NCBI GenBank assembly: GCA_964474315.1
Contig: CAYYSX010000001.1
Span: forward strand, 578-64,577
Direction: 5' to 3'
Length of the DNA stretch: 64,000 bases
Source of the DNA: an uncultured Verrucomicrobiota bacterium
GTDB taxonomy: Bacteria; Verrucomicrobiota; Verrucomicrobiia; Limisphaerales; UBA9464
Shown here: positions 55,300 through 63,478 of the stretch, piece after piece
How the letters are laid out: each line of letters begins with the position of its first letter
How positions within the stretch are numbered: position 1 is the stretch's first letter
Notes under the pieces: generated by a model
What the model was told of the DNA's origin: nothing
The model's database searches: none
The model's input: the letters and a program-made list of their open reading frames with translations, nothing else
Made by a program: the position numbers and the translations under genes

Positions 55300-56568
55300 A
55301 TGAACATCAACCTCGCCTACGGTCAGGGGCATCTGTCAGTCGATTTTCCCGAGGGGCGTACCACCGTCATCGAACCCTCCTTCCGGCCCGGACTGTCCGA
55401 TGAGCGGGCGGCCGTGGTAGAGGCGTTGGAGCATCCCATCGGCTGCCCGCCACTAAAGGACTGGCTGAAGCCTGAGGCTCGGATTTGCATCCTGTTCACT
55501 GACCTCACCCGCGCCACCCCGAATGACCGGTTGATTCCCCTGTTGCTCGACCGATTGGCATTACACGGGGTGAAACGGGAGCAAATCACGTTGCTGAACC
55601 AATTGGGTACCCACCGGCCCAACACGCCGGCGGAATTGGAAAAGATGCTGACTCCTGCGGTGGTCGCGAACTACCGCGTGGTGAATCACGAACCGGAAAA
55701 CCACGAGGCCTGCGTCCAGTTGGGTGTCACTCGTACCGGTACCCCCGCCTGGATCAACCGTCTGGCGGTCGAAGCCGACGTCCGGATTCTCACCGGCTTT
55801 ATCGAACCGCATTTTTTTGCCGGCTTCAGCGGTGGTCCCAAAGCGCTGATGCCGGGAGTAGCGCACGTCGAAACGGTCATGAGCAATCATGGCGCGCAGC
55901 ACATCGGCGACGCGCGCGCGACCTTCGGAATCTGCGAAGGGAATCCGTTGTGGGAGGAACTCCGCGACATCGCGTTGCGCGTGGGACCCAGCTTTCTGCT
56001 GAACGTCACGCTCAATGAACAGCGGGCTATCACCGGAGTCTTCGCCGGCGACCTCCTGGCAGCTCACCGGGCGGGACGCGAGTTCGTTCGCACCTCCGCC
56101 ATGCAGAAGGTTAAAACGCCGTTCGAGGTGGTGGTCACCACCAACTCCGGCTATCCGCTCGACCTCAATCTTTATCAGGGCGTGAAGGGCATGAGCGCGG
56201 CCGCGCGCATCGTGGCCGAACGCGGGACGATCATCCTCGCTGCCGAGTGTCGCGAGGGGGTTCCCGCCCAAAGCCCGCTGGACCGACTCCTGCGGGAAGC
56301 CAGTTCTCCGGAGGAGATCCTGGCGCTGTTGTCCACCCCCGGGTTTGTTCGTCCCGAGCAATGGCAGGCCCAGATCCAGGCGTTGATCCAGCGGCGGGCG
56401 CGGGTGCTGGTGCATTCCACGATTCCGCCGGAAGTCTTGTCGGCCGCCCATCTCGAACCGTGCGCGGACATCGCGGCCACGGTCCGAGCGGAACTGGCCC
56501 GGTTCGGTCCGGAGAGCCGGGTGGCGGTCCTGCCCCAGGGACCCTTGACCATTCCGTACCTCGCTTGA
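55300..56568 (+). CDS. larA: LarA family nickel-pincer-dependent 2-hydroxyacid racemase/epimerase
   Basis: Motifs are LGTHRPNT, GFIEPHFFAGFSGGPKALMPG (His and tethering-Lys positions conserved by eye) and TVMSNHG. Confidence 0.75.
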   Translation: MNINLAYGQGHLSVDFPEGRTTVIEPSFRPGLSDERAAVVEALEHPIGCPPLKDWLKPEARICILFTDLTRATPNDRLIPLLLDRLALHGVKREQITLLNQLGTHRPNTPAELEKMLTPAVVANYRVVNHEPENHEACVQLGVTRTGTPAWINRLAVEADVRILTGFIEPHFFAGFSGGPKALMPGVAHVETVMSNHGAQHIGDARATFGICEGNPLWEELRDIALRVGPSFLLNVTLNEQRAITGVFAGDLLAAHRAGREFVRTSAMQKVKTPFEVVVTTNSGYPLDLNLYQGVKGMSAAARIVAERGTIILAAECREGVPAQSPLDRLLREASSPEEILALLSTPGFVRPEQWQAQIQALIQRRARVLVHSTIPPEVLSAAHLEPCADIAATVRAELARFGPESRVAVLPQGPLTIPYLA

Positions 56569-56670
56569 CCGATTGGTACCGGCTCGGGTCGGTCCACAGC
56601 CCGTCCTTCACCGCTTCCCAAAAACGGAGATGTGCCCCCGCCGGCGCGGAGTTGAACATTGAGCTATCCC

Positions 56671-57246
56671 TCAAAAGGCGGGCTCGTGGCCGGCCTTCCA
56701 CTTGATGTTGCAACCCATACTGGGAATCTGGCGGGCATCGACGGGGCGGCCGGCGAGGAGTGAGTCGAGGGCCGCGCGCAGGTCGGCACCGGTAATGGGC
56801 CGGCCGTTGCCCGGACGTGAGTCATCAAACTGGCCCCGATAGACCAGGTGTCTTCCGGAATCGAACAGGAAGAAATCCGGGGTGCAGGCAGCGCGATAGG
56901 CCCGGGCCACTTCCTGGGTTTCGTCGTAAAGGTAGGGGAAGGTCCATTGGGCCGCGCGGGCGGTCTCGACCATGCGGTCGGGCGAGTCGGCCGGGTGGGT
57001 GGTCACATCGTTGGAGTTGATGGCGACGAAGGCGACGCCGCGCCCCGCCAGCTCGCGGCCCAACTGGGCGAGCGCTTCCTGCAAGTGCCGGACATACGGG
57101 CAGTGGTTGCAAATAAAGGCCACCAGCAGGGCGGGCGACGCCGCGAAATCGGCCAGACTGACGGTCCGTCCGGTAGCGGGGTCAGGGAGCTGAAAGGCGG
57201 GGGCCGGCGCGCCCAAGGGAACCATGGTAGAAGGAGTCAAAGCCAT
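56671..57246 (-). CDS. thioredoxin-fold (redoxin-like) protein
   Basis: APAFQLPD...LLVAFICNHCPYV carries a CxxC motif. The C-terminal segment is QIPSMGCNIKW. The start is at MALTPS (57246). Confidence 0.7.
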   Translation of the reverse strand: MALTPSTMVPLGAPAPAFQLPDPATGRTVSLADFAASPALLVAFICNHCPYVRHLQEALAQLGRELAGRGVAFVAINSNDVTTHPADSPDRMVETARAAQWTFPYLYDETQEVARAYRAACTPDFFLFDSGRHLVYRGQFDDSRPGNGRPITGADLRAALDSLLAGRPVDARQIPSMGCNIKWKAGHEPAF

Positions 57247-57340
57247 GGGTGACGATGGGCCGGAGGAACGCGTCCCGCCAACGGTGAAAAAATGGATCAC
57301 TGACAACGGCGGGCCCTTGCGCCATGGTGGCGTCTCGCCA

Positions 57341-58300
57341 ATGAAGCAACTCCTGCTGGTGATCGTCGTGCGCCTGCTAGCCGGACCGGTTTGGACCGGG
57401 GCGGCTGAACTTCAGCGACCGTTGGGGACGAAAGATGTTGTGGCGCTGGTGGGTGGCACGCAGTTGGCCGAGGCGGCGGCCGCGGGATATTTGGAGGCTC
57501 TGGTGGCCGTTCGTTCCGCCCACGGAGCACCGCGGTTTCGCGATTTTTCCTGGGAAGGCGACACCGTGTTCGAACGGCCGCGACCGGTGAATTTTCCGGA
57601 GCTGACGGTGTTGCTCACCCGGTCAGGGGCCACGGTCGCCCTGCTCCAATTCGGCCAGATGGAATCCCTGGCGGGAGTCAGGGCGCTACCGGCGTTCAGT
57701 GAGGCCTACGAAGCGTTGCTGAAATCGGTGGACGCGGTCGTCTCTCAGGTCGTGTTGGTGACGCCCACCCCGTTTGCCGAGGGAGGGGTGTTGGAGGCCC
57801 GCACCGTGGAAACCCGAAACCGTCACCTTGCGGCCTACGTGGCGGAGATCCAGCGCCTGGGCGAGGCTCATGACCTACCCGTCGTGAACGTGTTCAGGCC
57901 CCTGACGCGGCTCGCCGGGGATTCGGGTGCTCCGCTCCGCACTGTGGATGGAGTGCGGCTAACTGATCGTGGACAGATGACGATGGCCGTCCTGATCGGG
58001 AATCAGCTCAGTACGTTGCCGTCGGGTGCCATCCACGGAGCGGCGTTCTGGGCGGCTTTGGAACCGGTCCGGCAAGCCGCCCAGGCGAAACACCAGTTGT
58101 GGACGCGCTATTGGCGGCCGACCAACTGGGCTTTCCTGGCGGGCGACCGCACGGATCAACCGAGCAGTCGCGATCATGTGGATCGGAATATCCGTTGGTT
58201 TCCCGCGGAGATGGAGGAGTACGGGCCATTGATTCAAGCGGCCGACGCGGAGATTGCGCGGCGGGCCGGCGTGTTCAGAGAACAGGAGGCGGCCAGATGA
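57341..58300 (+). CDS. SGNH/GDSL-fold protein with apparently degenerate catalytic motifs
   Basis: A signal peptide (MKQLLLVIVVRLLAGPVWTGAA) is present. The block I-like segment VVALVGGTQLAE has GGT where GDS is expected. The block V-like segment DGVRLTDRG has R where H is expected. The stop overlaps the next start in an ATGA at 58297-58300. Confidence 0.55.
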   Translation: MKQLLLVIVVRLLAGPVWTGAAELQRPLGTKDVVALVGGTQLAEAAAAGYLEALVAVRSAHGAPRFRDFSWEGDTVFERPRPVNFPELTVLLTRSGATVALLQFGQMESLAGVRALPAFSEAYEALLKSVDAVVSQVVLVTPTPFAEGGVLEARTVETRNRHLAAYVAEIQRLGEAHDLPVVNVFRPLTRLAGDSGAPLRTVDGVRLTDRGQMTMAVLIGNQLSTLPSGAIHGAAFWAALEPVRQAAQAKHQLWTRYWRPTNWAFLAGDRTDQPSSRDHVDRNIRWFPAEMEEYGPLIQAADAEIARRAGVFREQEAAR

Positions 58301-61300
58301 ATCGCAAAGCGGCGCCCCGCATGACCCTTCCGGGCCGAAGGCAGGTCGGAATGACGCGGACGTTGATCGGACTGGTCTTGGTCAGCTTCGGCCTTTCGGT
58401 CTTGGGCCAGCCGGATCCGGAGACGGAGCGGGCCTCGTTCCGCGTGCTCGATGGATTTGAGGTCAACCTGTTCGCCTCGGAGCGCGAGGGCGTGCGTAAG
58501 CCCATCCAAATCCGGTTCGATCCGGAGGGCCGACTGTGGGTGGTGGGCAGTGTCGTGTATCCGCAGATCAAACCGGGGGAGGATCCCGACGACGAAGTGG
58601 TGGTGCTGGAGGACACCGACGGCGACGGCCGGGCTGATCGTTCCACGGTGTTTGCCCGCGGACTGCATATTCCCACCGGACTCGAGCTGGGTGACGGTGG
58701 CGTCTATGTCGGGGCCGCCACCGAACTGTTGCATCTGCGCGACACCAATGGCGACGGGCGGGCCGATCAACGCCGGGTGGTCTTCCGGGGCTTTGGCACC
58801 GGTGACACGCATCAGACGATCAATTCGTTCTGCTGGGGGCCGCAGGGAGAACTGATGATGTCGCAGGGCCTGCATGCGGACAGCCGGGTGGAAACGCCGT
58901 GGGGAATCGAGGAATTGAAGCAGGCCGGCGTCTGGAGGTTATGGCCGCGTCCCCTGCGGCTGGACGCGTTCTGGAGCGGTGCGATGGGCGCGCACAACCC
59001 GTTCGGCACCGTGTTCGATCGCTGGGGACAGCCCATCATCCTCGCCGGGAATGGCCACGGGATTTATCATCTGACGCAGGCGATGATCCGGACGGATCGG
59101 TTCCTGGAACAACGCTGGATCTGGAACCAAGGCCGCAAGTTCGGCGGGGGCGACTTCGTGGAGAACAGTCATTGGCCCACGGCGAACCAAGGCGAGGTCG
59201 TGTCCGGAGGTTATTTGCAGAATACCGTGGAACGGTTTCGGCTCACGGACGACGGGGCCACGTTCCGAGCGGAACGCCTGCCGCCTCTGGTGGAATCCAC
59301 CAACACCGCCTTCCGCATCGTGGATGTCCGCTTCGGTCCGGACGGGGCGCTGTACCTGTGCGACTGGTACAACCCCGTGATCGGCCATTACCAAGCCAGC
59401 TTCCGCGATCCGGCCCGGGACAAAGCGCATGGCCGAATTTGGCGGGTGACGGCGAAGGGACGTCCGCTGGTTCGCTGGGAACCGTTGACGGCCAAGTCCA
59501 CCGCGGACCTGGTCAACCGGCTGGGTTCAGCGGAACGATGGGAACGGCAAATGACCCGCCGGGTCCTGGCGGAGCGTTCGCCTGAGGAAGTGGCGTCCGC
59601 GTTGATCACCTGGCTCGCCGCTCTTCCTCTCCCGGCCGTGGAACACGCCCGATACGAAGCCCTCGGCCTGCTCTCGGAATTAGATCGGCGGGACACCGAC
59701 TTGCTGACCAAGGTCGCGGCCTCTCCGGTTCCGGAGGCGCGCGCCTTTGCGGCGCGGGTCGCGGGCGAATGGGCGCGGCGCTGGGGACCGGGAGCCCAAC
59801 CAGAGTGGTGGCGTCCGCTGCTCGGACGGCTCGTGTCCGATGACCATCCGCGGGTGCGCTTGGAAGCGGTGGTGGCGTGTAGTTATGTGCCTGACCCGCA
59901 CGCGATCGAAGTAGCCGTGCAGGTGGCTGACCGGCCCATGGATTCCGCATTGGAATACGCCTTCGCCCAATGTGTGCAGGCCCTGCGTCCTTGGTGGGAA
60001 CCAGTGCGCCAGGAACTCCAGTTTGAGAACCAACCAGCGCGAGCCGCCGCGTTTGCCCAGGCGGAAGGCGGGGCCGGATCGGCCCAGTTTGCCGCCAGCC
60101 GCCTGCGCCGCGTGGCCGAGGTGGCCCTCGACCCCGCCACGGTGCGCCAGTTGACGGCGGTCGTGGCGTCCGCGGGTGGCCCGGCCGATTTGACGTCCCT
60201 TTTGCTCCCGCGCTCCTTTACGGTGGGCGCCCACTACGACGCCCAACTGCACGTCCAACGGCTGCGCGAAGCGGTCGATTCCAGCCGTCAGCGGGGAGTG
60301 ACCCCGGGAACCAACGCCGTGCCTCTGGTCGCCCGGCTTCTCGAGAGTCCCGATCCGCAGGTCCGCGCTGCCGCCTGGCGTGCGGCGGGTCAGTGGCGGA
60401 TGGAATCACTACGGCCGGGTCTGGAAACCGCCGCTAACAATGAGGCGTTGAGTCCGGAGGAACGGTCCGCGGCGGTGGAAGGCCTCGCCGGCTTTGACGA
60501 CGACGCGGCCCGGGTGTCGCTGGCGGCCTGGAGCCGTCCGGGAAATCCGTCGTTTCTCCGCGCTACGGCTATCGTCCTCCAGGTGCCGACCCAGCCTCGG
60601 GATGCTGCTTCCGCGACCGCCCGCTGGTTCGCCGAACCCGTCGATCCTGAAGCCGTGGCCGAGGTGGTTACGGCCTTCCTGCGTCAACGGGAAGGATTGT
60701 CCGCGCTGACGCTGGCCTTGCGGGACCAGCCTCCCCATCCGGCGGTGGGGCCGGTCATTCTCACGCAGTTGGCCCGCAGCGGACGTCACGACGCCGATTT
60801 GTCCGCTCTGCTGGCGAAAGCCGGCGGTTTCGAGCGTTCCGAACCGTGGTCCGCAGCGGACATTCCCACCTTAATGGCCGCGGTCCGGTCCGGAGGAAAC
60901 GCGGCCCGCGGGGCGGTGGTTTTCCAGTCTCCCCAACTCGCCTGCACGACCTGTCACAGTGTCGATGGCACCCCCGGAAAGATCGGACCGGACTTGGGCG
61001 CGCTGGGGACTGCCCAGTCGTTGGAGTTCATTCTCGGCGCCCTGATCGAACCGCAGCGGGAAGTGAAGGAAGGATTCATGGCGCACGAGGTGGTGACCCA
61101 AGACGGGACGGTGTTGCAGGGATACTTACGAGGGGAATCGGCGAATCATCTGGCCGTGCTGGATCACCTGACCGACCAGGTGGTGCAGGTGCCGCGGCCA
61201 ACGATTGCCGAACAACGTCAACTGGGTTCACTGATGCCGGCCGGGCTGGTGGATGGTTTGTCGGCGGACGACTTCCGCGACCTGGCCGCTTACCTGGTCA

Positions 61301-61317
61301 GCCTGGGGCGGAAGTGA
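58297..61317 (+). CDS. PVC-type heme-binding CxxCH protein (second paralog)
   Basis: The N-terminal segment is FEVNLFASEREGVRKPIQIRFDPEGRLWVVG. The central region is HEAT-like. The C-terminal segment is CTTCHSVDGTPGKIGPDLG...SLMPAGLVDGLSADDFRDLAAYL. I chose the start at MNRK (58297), in frame within ORF 58099-61317. Confidence 0.85.
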   Translation: MNRKAAPRMTLPGRRQVGMTRTLIGLVLVSFGLSVLGQPDPETERASFRVLDGFEVNLFASEREGVRKPIQIRFDPEGRLWVVGSVVYPQIKPGEDPDDEVVVLEDTDGDGRADRSTVFARGLHIPTGLELGDGGVYVGAATELLHLRDTNGDGRADQRRVVFRGFGTGDTHQTINSFCWGPQGELMMSQGLHADSRVETPWGIEELKQAGVWRLWPRPLRLDAFWSGAMGAHNPFGTVFDRWGQPIILAGNGHGIYHLTQAMIRTDRFLEQRWIWNQGRKFGGGDFVENSHWPTANQGEVVSGGYLQNTVERFRLTDDGATFRAERLPPLVESTNTAFRIVDVRFGPDGALYLCDWYNPVIGHYQASFRDPARDKAHGRIWRVTAKGRPLVRWEPLTAKSTADLVNRLGSAERWERQMTRRVLAERSPEEVASALITWLAALPLPAVEHARYEALGLLSELDRRDTDLLTKVAASPVPEARAFAARVAGEWARRWGPGAQPEWWRPLLGRLVSDDHPRVRLEAVVACSYVPDPHAIEVAVQVADRPMDSALEYAFAQCVQALRPWWEPVRQELQFENQPARAAAFAQAEGGAGSAQFAASRLRRVAEVALDPATVRQLTAVVASAGGPADLTSLLLPRSFTVGAHYDAQLHVQRLREAVDSSRQRGVTPGTNAVPLVARLLESPDPQVRAAAWRAAGQWRMESLRPGLETAANNEALSPEERSAAVEGLAGFDDDAARVSLAAWSRPGNPSFLRATAIVLQVPTQPRDAASATARWFAEPVDPEAVAEVVTAFLRQREGLSALTLALRDQPPHPAVGPVILTQLARSGRHDADLSALLAKAGGFERSEPWSAADIPTLMAAVRSGGNAARGAVVFQSPQLACTTCHSVDGTPGKIGPDLGALGTAQSLEFILGALIEPQREVKEGFMAHEVVTQDGTVLQGYLRGESANHLAVLDHLTDQVVQVPRPTIAEQRQLGSLMPAGLVDGLSADDFRDLAAYLVSLGRK

Positions 61318-61571
61318 TGCCTTGGCGGACCGGAAAGGGCACCGGATCGGAGCGCCAGGGAGCACGGAGAGCGCCTCGAAAGAGAGATAACGCGGCAGCG
61401 CGCGGGTTTGGCTGTTCTCCTTGTTGGTGAGTTGTGTGCGGCGCGACCATCACGACGCTGGCTCTCCCTTGAGGCTTTTCGCGCTCCTGGAGCTTCCATC
61501 CACTGGTGTCAGAGGGGGATTGCCTTCGGCGTTTTTCCGAAGGGACGCTTTCCGAAGGGGATTTTGGAAGC

Positions 61572-61646
61572 TGGTGCCAGCGGGAGGAATCGAACCTCCG
61601 ACCAAGGGCTTATGAGTCCCCTGCTCTACCGCTGAGCTACGCTGGC
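61572..61646 (-). tRNA. tRNA with anticodon CAT (elongator Met or Ile2), CCA encoded
   Basis: The reverse complement reads GCCAGCG TA GCTC AGCGGTA GAGC A GGGGA CTCATAA GCCCT TGGTC GGAGG TTCGATT CCTCC CGCTGGC A CCA. The 7-bp acceptor stem and the D and T arms fold. The 1-72 pair is G-C, so it is not a bacterial initiator. Confidence 0.9.
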
Positions 61647-61964
61647 GGTCGGAGGGGTGTAGGTAATCGGCGAGAACTTACGGCGCAAGGGGTTTCTATC
61701 GCAGGCAGGGCAGGGGCCTAGTTGACACCCCGCCGCTGACCCGACCGGGACGGCTCCCAGATCTGTTTCAAGATGAGCATCGGGATAGGAACCCTGTCGG
61801 TTAGAGCACCGATAAATGAGCTGTCCCTATCCGCATTTTTTTCCGAGCGCGAGTCTCTAACTCACCGCAGCGTCCCGGTTCTCGAGGCTTCGGTTCACCG
61901 CCCTCCCGCTTACCACGCCGCTGCGGTTTGCCGACCCGCGCTCCTGGAGCAGCCGACCGGCCGC

Positions 61965-62969
61965 TTACTTTAGGAGTTCTTCGGCGATTTGGACGGCATT
62001 GAGAGCCGCCCCCTTGAGCAATTGGTCGCCGGAAACCCAGAAGCACAAGCCGTTGTCGAGGGCGATATCCTTCCGAATCCGGCCGACGGCACAGTTGTAC
62101 CGGCCGGACCAATCGAGGGGCATCGGATAGCGGGACGAGGCAGGGTCATCTACGACCTCCATTCCCGGTGCTTTGGCTAACACAGCACGGGCCGCTTCCA
62201 CCGTCACCGGTCGCTCAAACTCAGCGCTGACCGCCACCGAATGGGCTCGATAGACGGGTACACGGACACAGGTGACCGAGGCGCGGAAGGTCGGATGATG
62301 CATGATCTTGCGGCCTTCGATCTGCATTTTCATCTCCTCCTTGGTGTAACCGTCGGGAAGGAATACATCGACCTGAGGCAGGACGTTGAAGGCAATCTGG
62401 TGCGGATAAACCTCCTGGGTAACCGGCTGGCCAGCGGTGATTTGCTTTACCTGGCGTTCGAGTTCTTCGAGGGCCTTGGCCCCCGTTCCCGACACCGCCT
62501 GATAGCTGGAGGCAAAGACCCGCGTCACTCCGAAGGCTTGGTGCAGCGGATACAGCGCCATCAAGGTGATGATGGTGGTGCAGTTGGGATTGGCGATGAT
62601 GCCGCGGTGCTGGCGGAGGTCGGCGGCATTGATTTCCGGAACGATGAGCGGGACTTGATCGTCCTGGCGGAAGGCGCTGGAGTTGTCGATGACCACGCAG
62701 CCGGCTTGAGCGGCGGCGGGAGCGAACTCCCGTGAAATGCTTCCGCCGGCGCTGAACAGCGCGATATCGATGCCTTGGAAGGAATCCTTGGTCAGCTCCG
62801 TGACGGTGTGTTTCACGCCTCGGAACGGCATTTTCTTTCCGGCGGACCGGGCCGAGGCGAGCAGCGTGAGCTTCCCGACCGGGAAGTTTCGCTTCTCCAA
62901 CGTTTCAATCATCTCGACGCCGACAGCGCCAGTGGCGCCGACGACGGCCACCTGCGGAGTCTGATGCAT
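61965..62969 (-). CDS. asd: aspartate-semialdehyde dehydrogenase
   Basis: Motifs are VAVVGATGAVG, IANPNCTTI (active-site Cys), SYQAVSGTG and VRVPVYRAHS. Confidence 0.92.
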   Translation of the reverse strand: MHQTPQVAVVGATGAVGVEMIETLEKRNFPVGKLTLLASARSAGKKMPFRGVKHTVTELTKDSFQGIDIALFSAGGSISREFAPAAAQAGCVVIDNSSAFRQDDQVPLIVPEINAADLRQHRGIIANPNCTTIITLMALYPLHQAFGVTRVFASSYQAVSGTGAKALEELERQVKQITAGQPVTQEVYPHQIAFNVLPQVDVFLPDGYTKEEMKMQIEGRKIMHHPTFRASVTCVRVPVYRAHSVAVSAEFERPVTVEAARAVLAKAPGMEVVDDPASSRYPMPLDWSGRYNCAVGRIRKDIALDNGLCFWVSGDQLLKGAALNAVQIAEELLK

Positions 62970-63054
62970 AAAAGGAAGCGGAGCCTAGGCAGGAACCCGA
63001 CGGTGTCGAGGGGGGAATTGGCGGAGGATACGGAGAGGGGCATCGGGCGTGGGT

Positions 63055-63149
63055 GCGAAAGTTCAAAGCTCAAAAATTGCGGTTAGTCGCGGGGAGAAGC
63101 TCCAAGAGCCAAGCTCCAAGTTCCAAAGAAGTTCCAACCTCCAAGAACC
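63055..63149 (+). repeat. GYTCCAA-heptamer intergenic repeat, copy 7 (expanded)
   Basis: The sequence is GCGAAAGTTCAAAGCTCAAAAATTGCGG...GAGAAGCTCCAAGAGCCAAGCTCCAAGTTCCAAAGAAGTTCCAACCTCCAAGAACC. Confidence 0.85.
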
Positions 63150-63317
63150 AGGGGGCGGTTGGCGGACGGATGAGCCGGCACGCGGTGTCTCGCCCCCTTC
63201 CGCCTTCCGCCTTTGGGACGACAAGACACCTATCGCCCTCCGTGCCCGCCGCTCCTCCGTGGTCCAACGAACAACAGCCAGGGAGAACATCTGTGCCGGG
63301 AAGTTCCCGCGGACGGA

Positions 63318-63344
63318 GCGCGGGTCTGTGACCCGCAGCAACGT
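63318..63344. repeat. short hairpin repeat GCGCGGGTCTGTGACCCGCAGC.ACGT, copy 2
   Basis: See copy 1 at 50846-50872. Confidence 0.8.
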
Positions 63345-63478
63345 AGCCACCCGGAAGGCGATGGAATTCCCCTCGATCGATGCTCTCATGGGGTTCGGGG
63401 TGAGCTGGAACGAGCGGGCGTGACGAAAAGAGTGCGCCTCGTGCTCTCTGCGGCGACGGGCTCCTCAGTCCGGCTCTA

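Noticed and set aside
58099-58296. The second heme-protein ORF has a longer upstream version starting at 58099.
   Set aside because: It would overlap the SGNH-like gene by 200 nt in another frame and adds a Gly/Arg-rich segment. The ATG at 58297 gives a basic N-terminus plus a hydrophobic signal and an ATGA coupling junction.
61519-61560. A hairpin (CCTTCGG-CGTTTTT-CCGAAGG) and a direct repeat (TTTCCGAAGGG x2) lie downstream of the tRNA.
   Set aside because: The stem is short, there is no adjacent U-run in the tRNA's orientation, and it occurs only once. The evidence is insufficient to call a terminator or an element.
61572-61646. I asked whether the CAT-anticodon tRNA is the initiator tRNA-fMet.
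   Set aside because: The 1-72 pair is a normal G-C rather than the C-A mismatch of bacterial initiators, and the anticodon stem lacks a clean run of three G-C pairs next to the loop. It is therefore elongator Met or Ile2(CAT). I cannot discriminate those two by eye.
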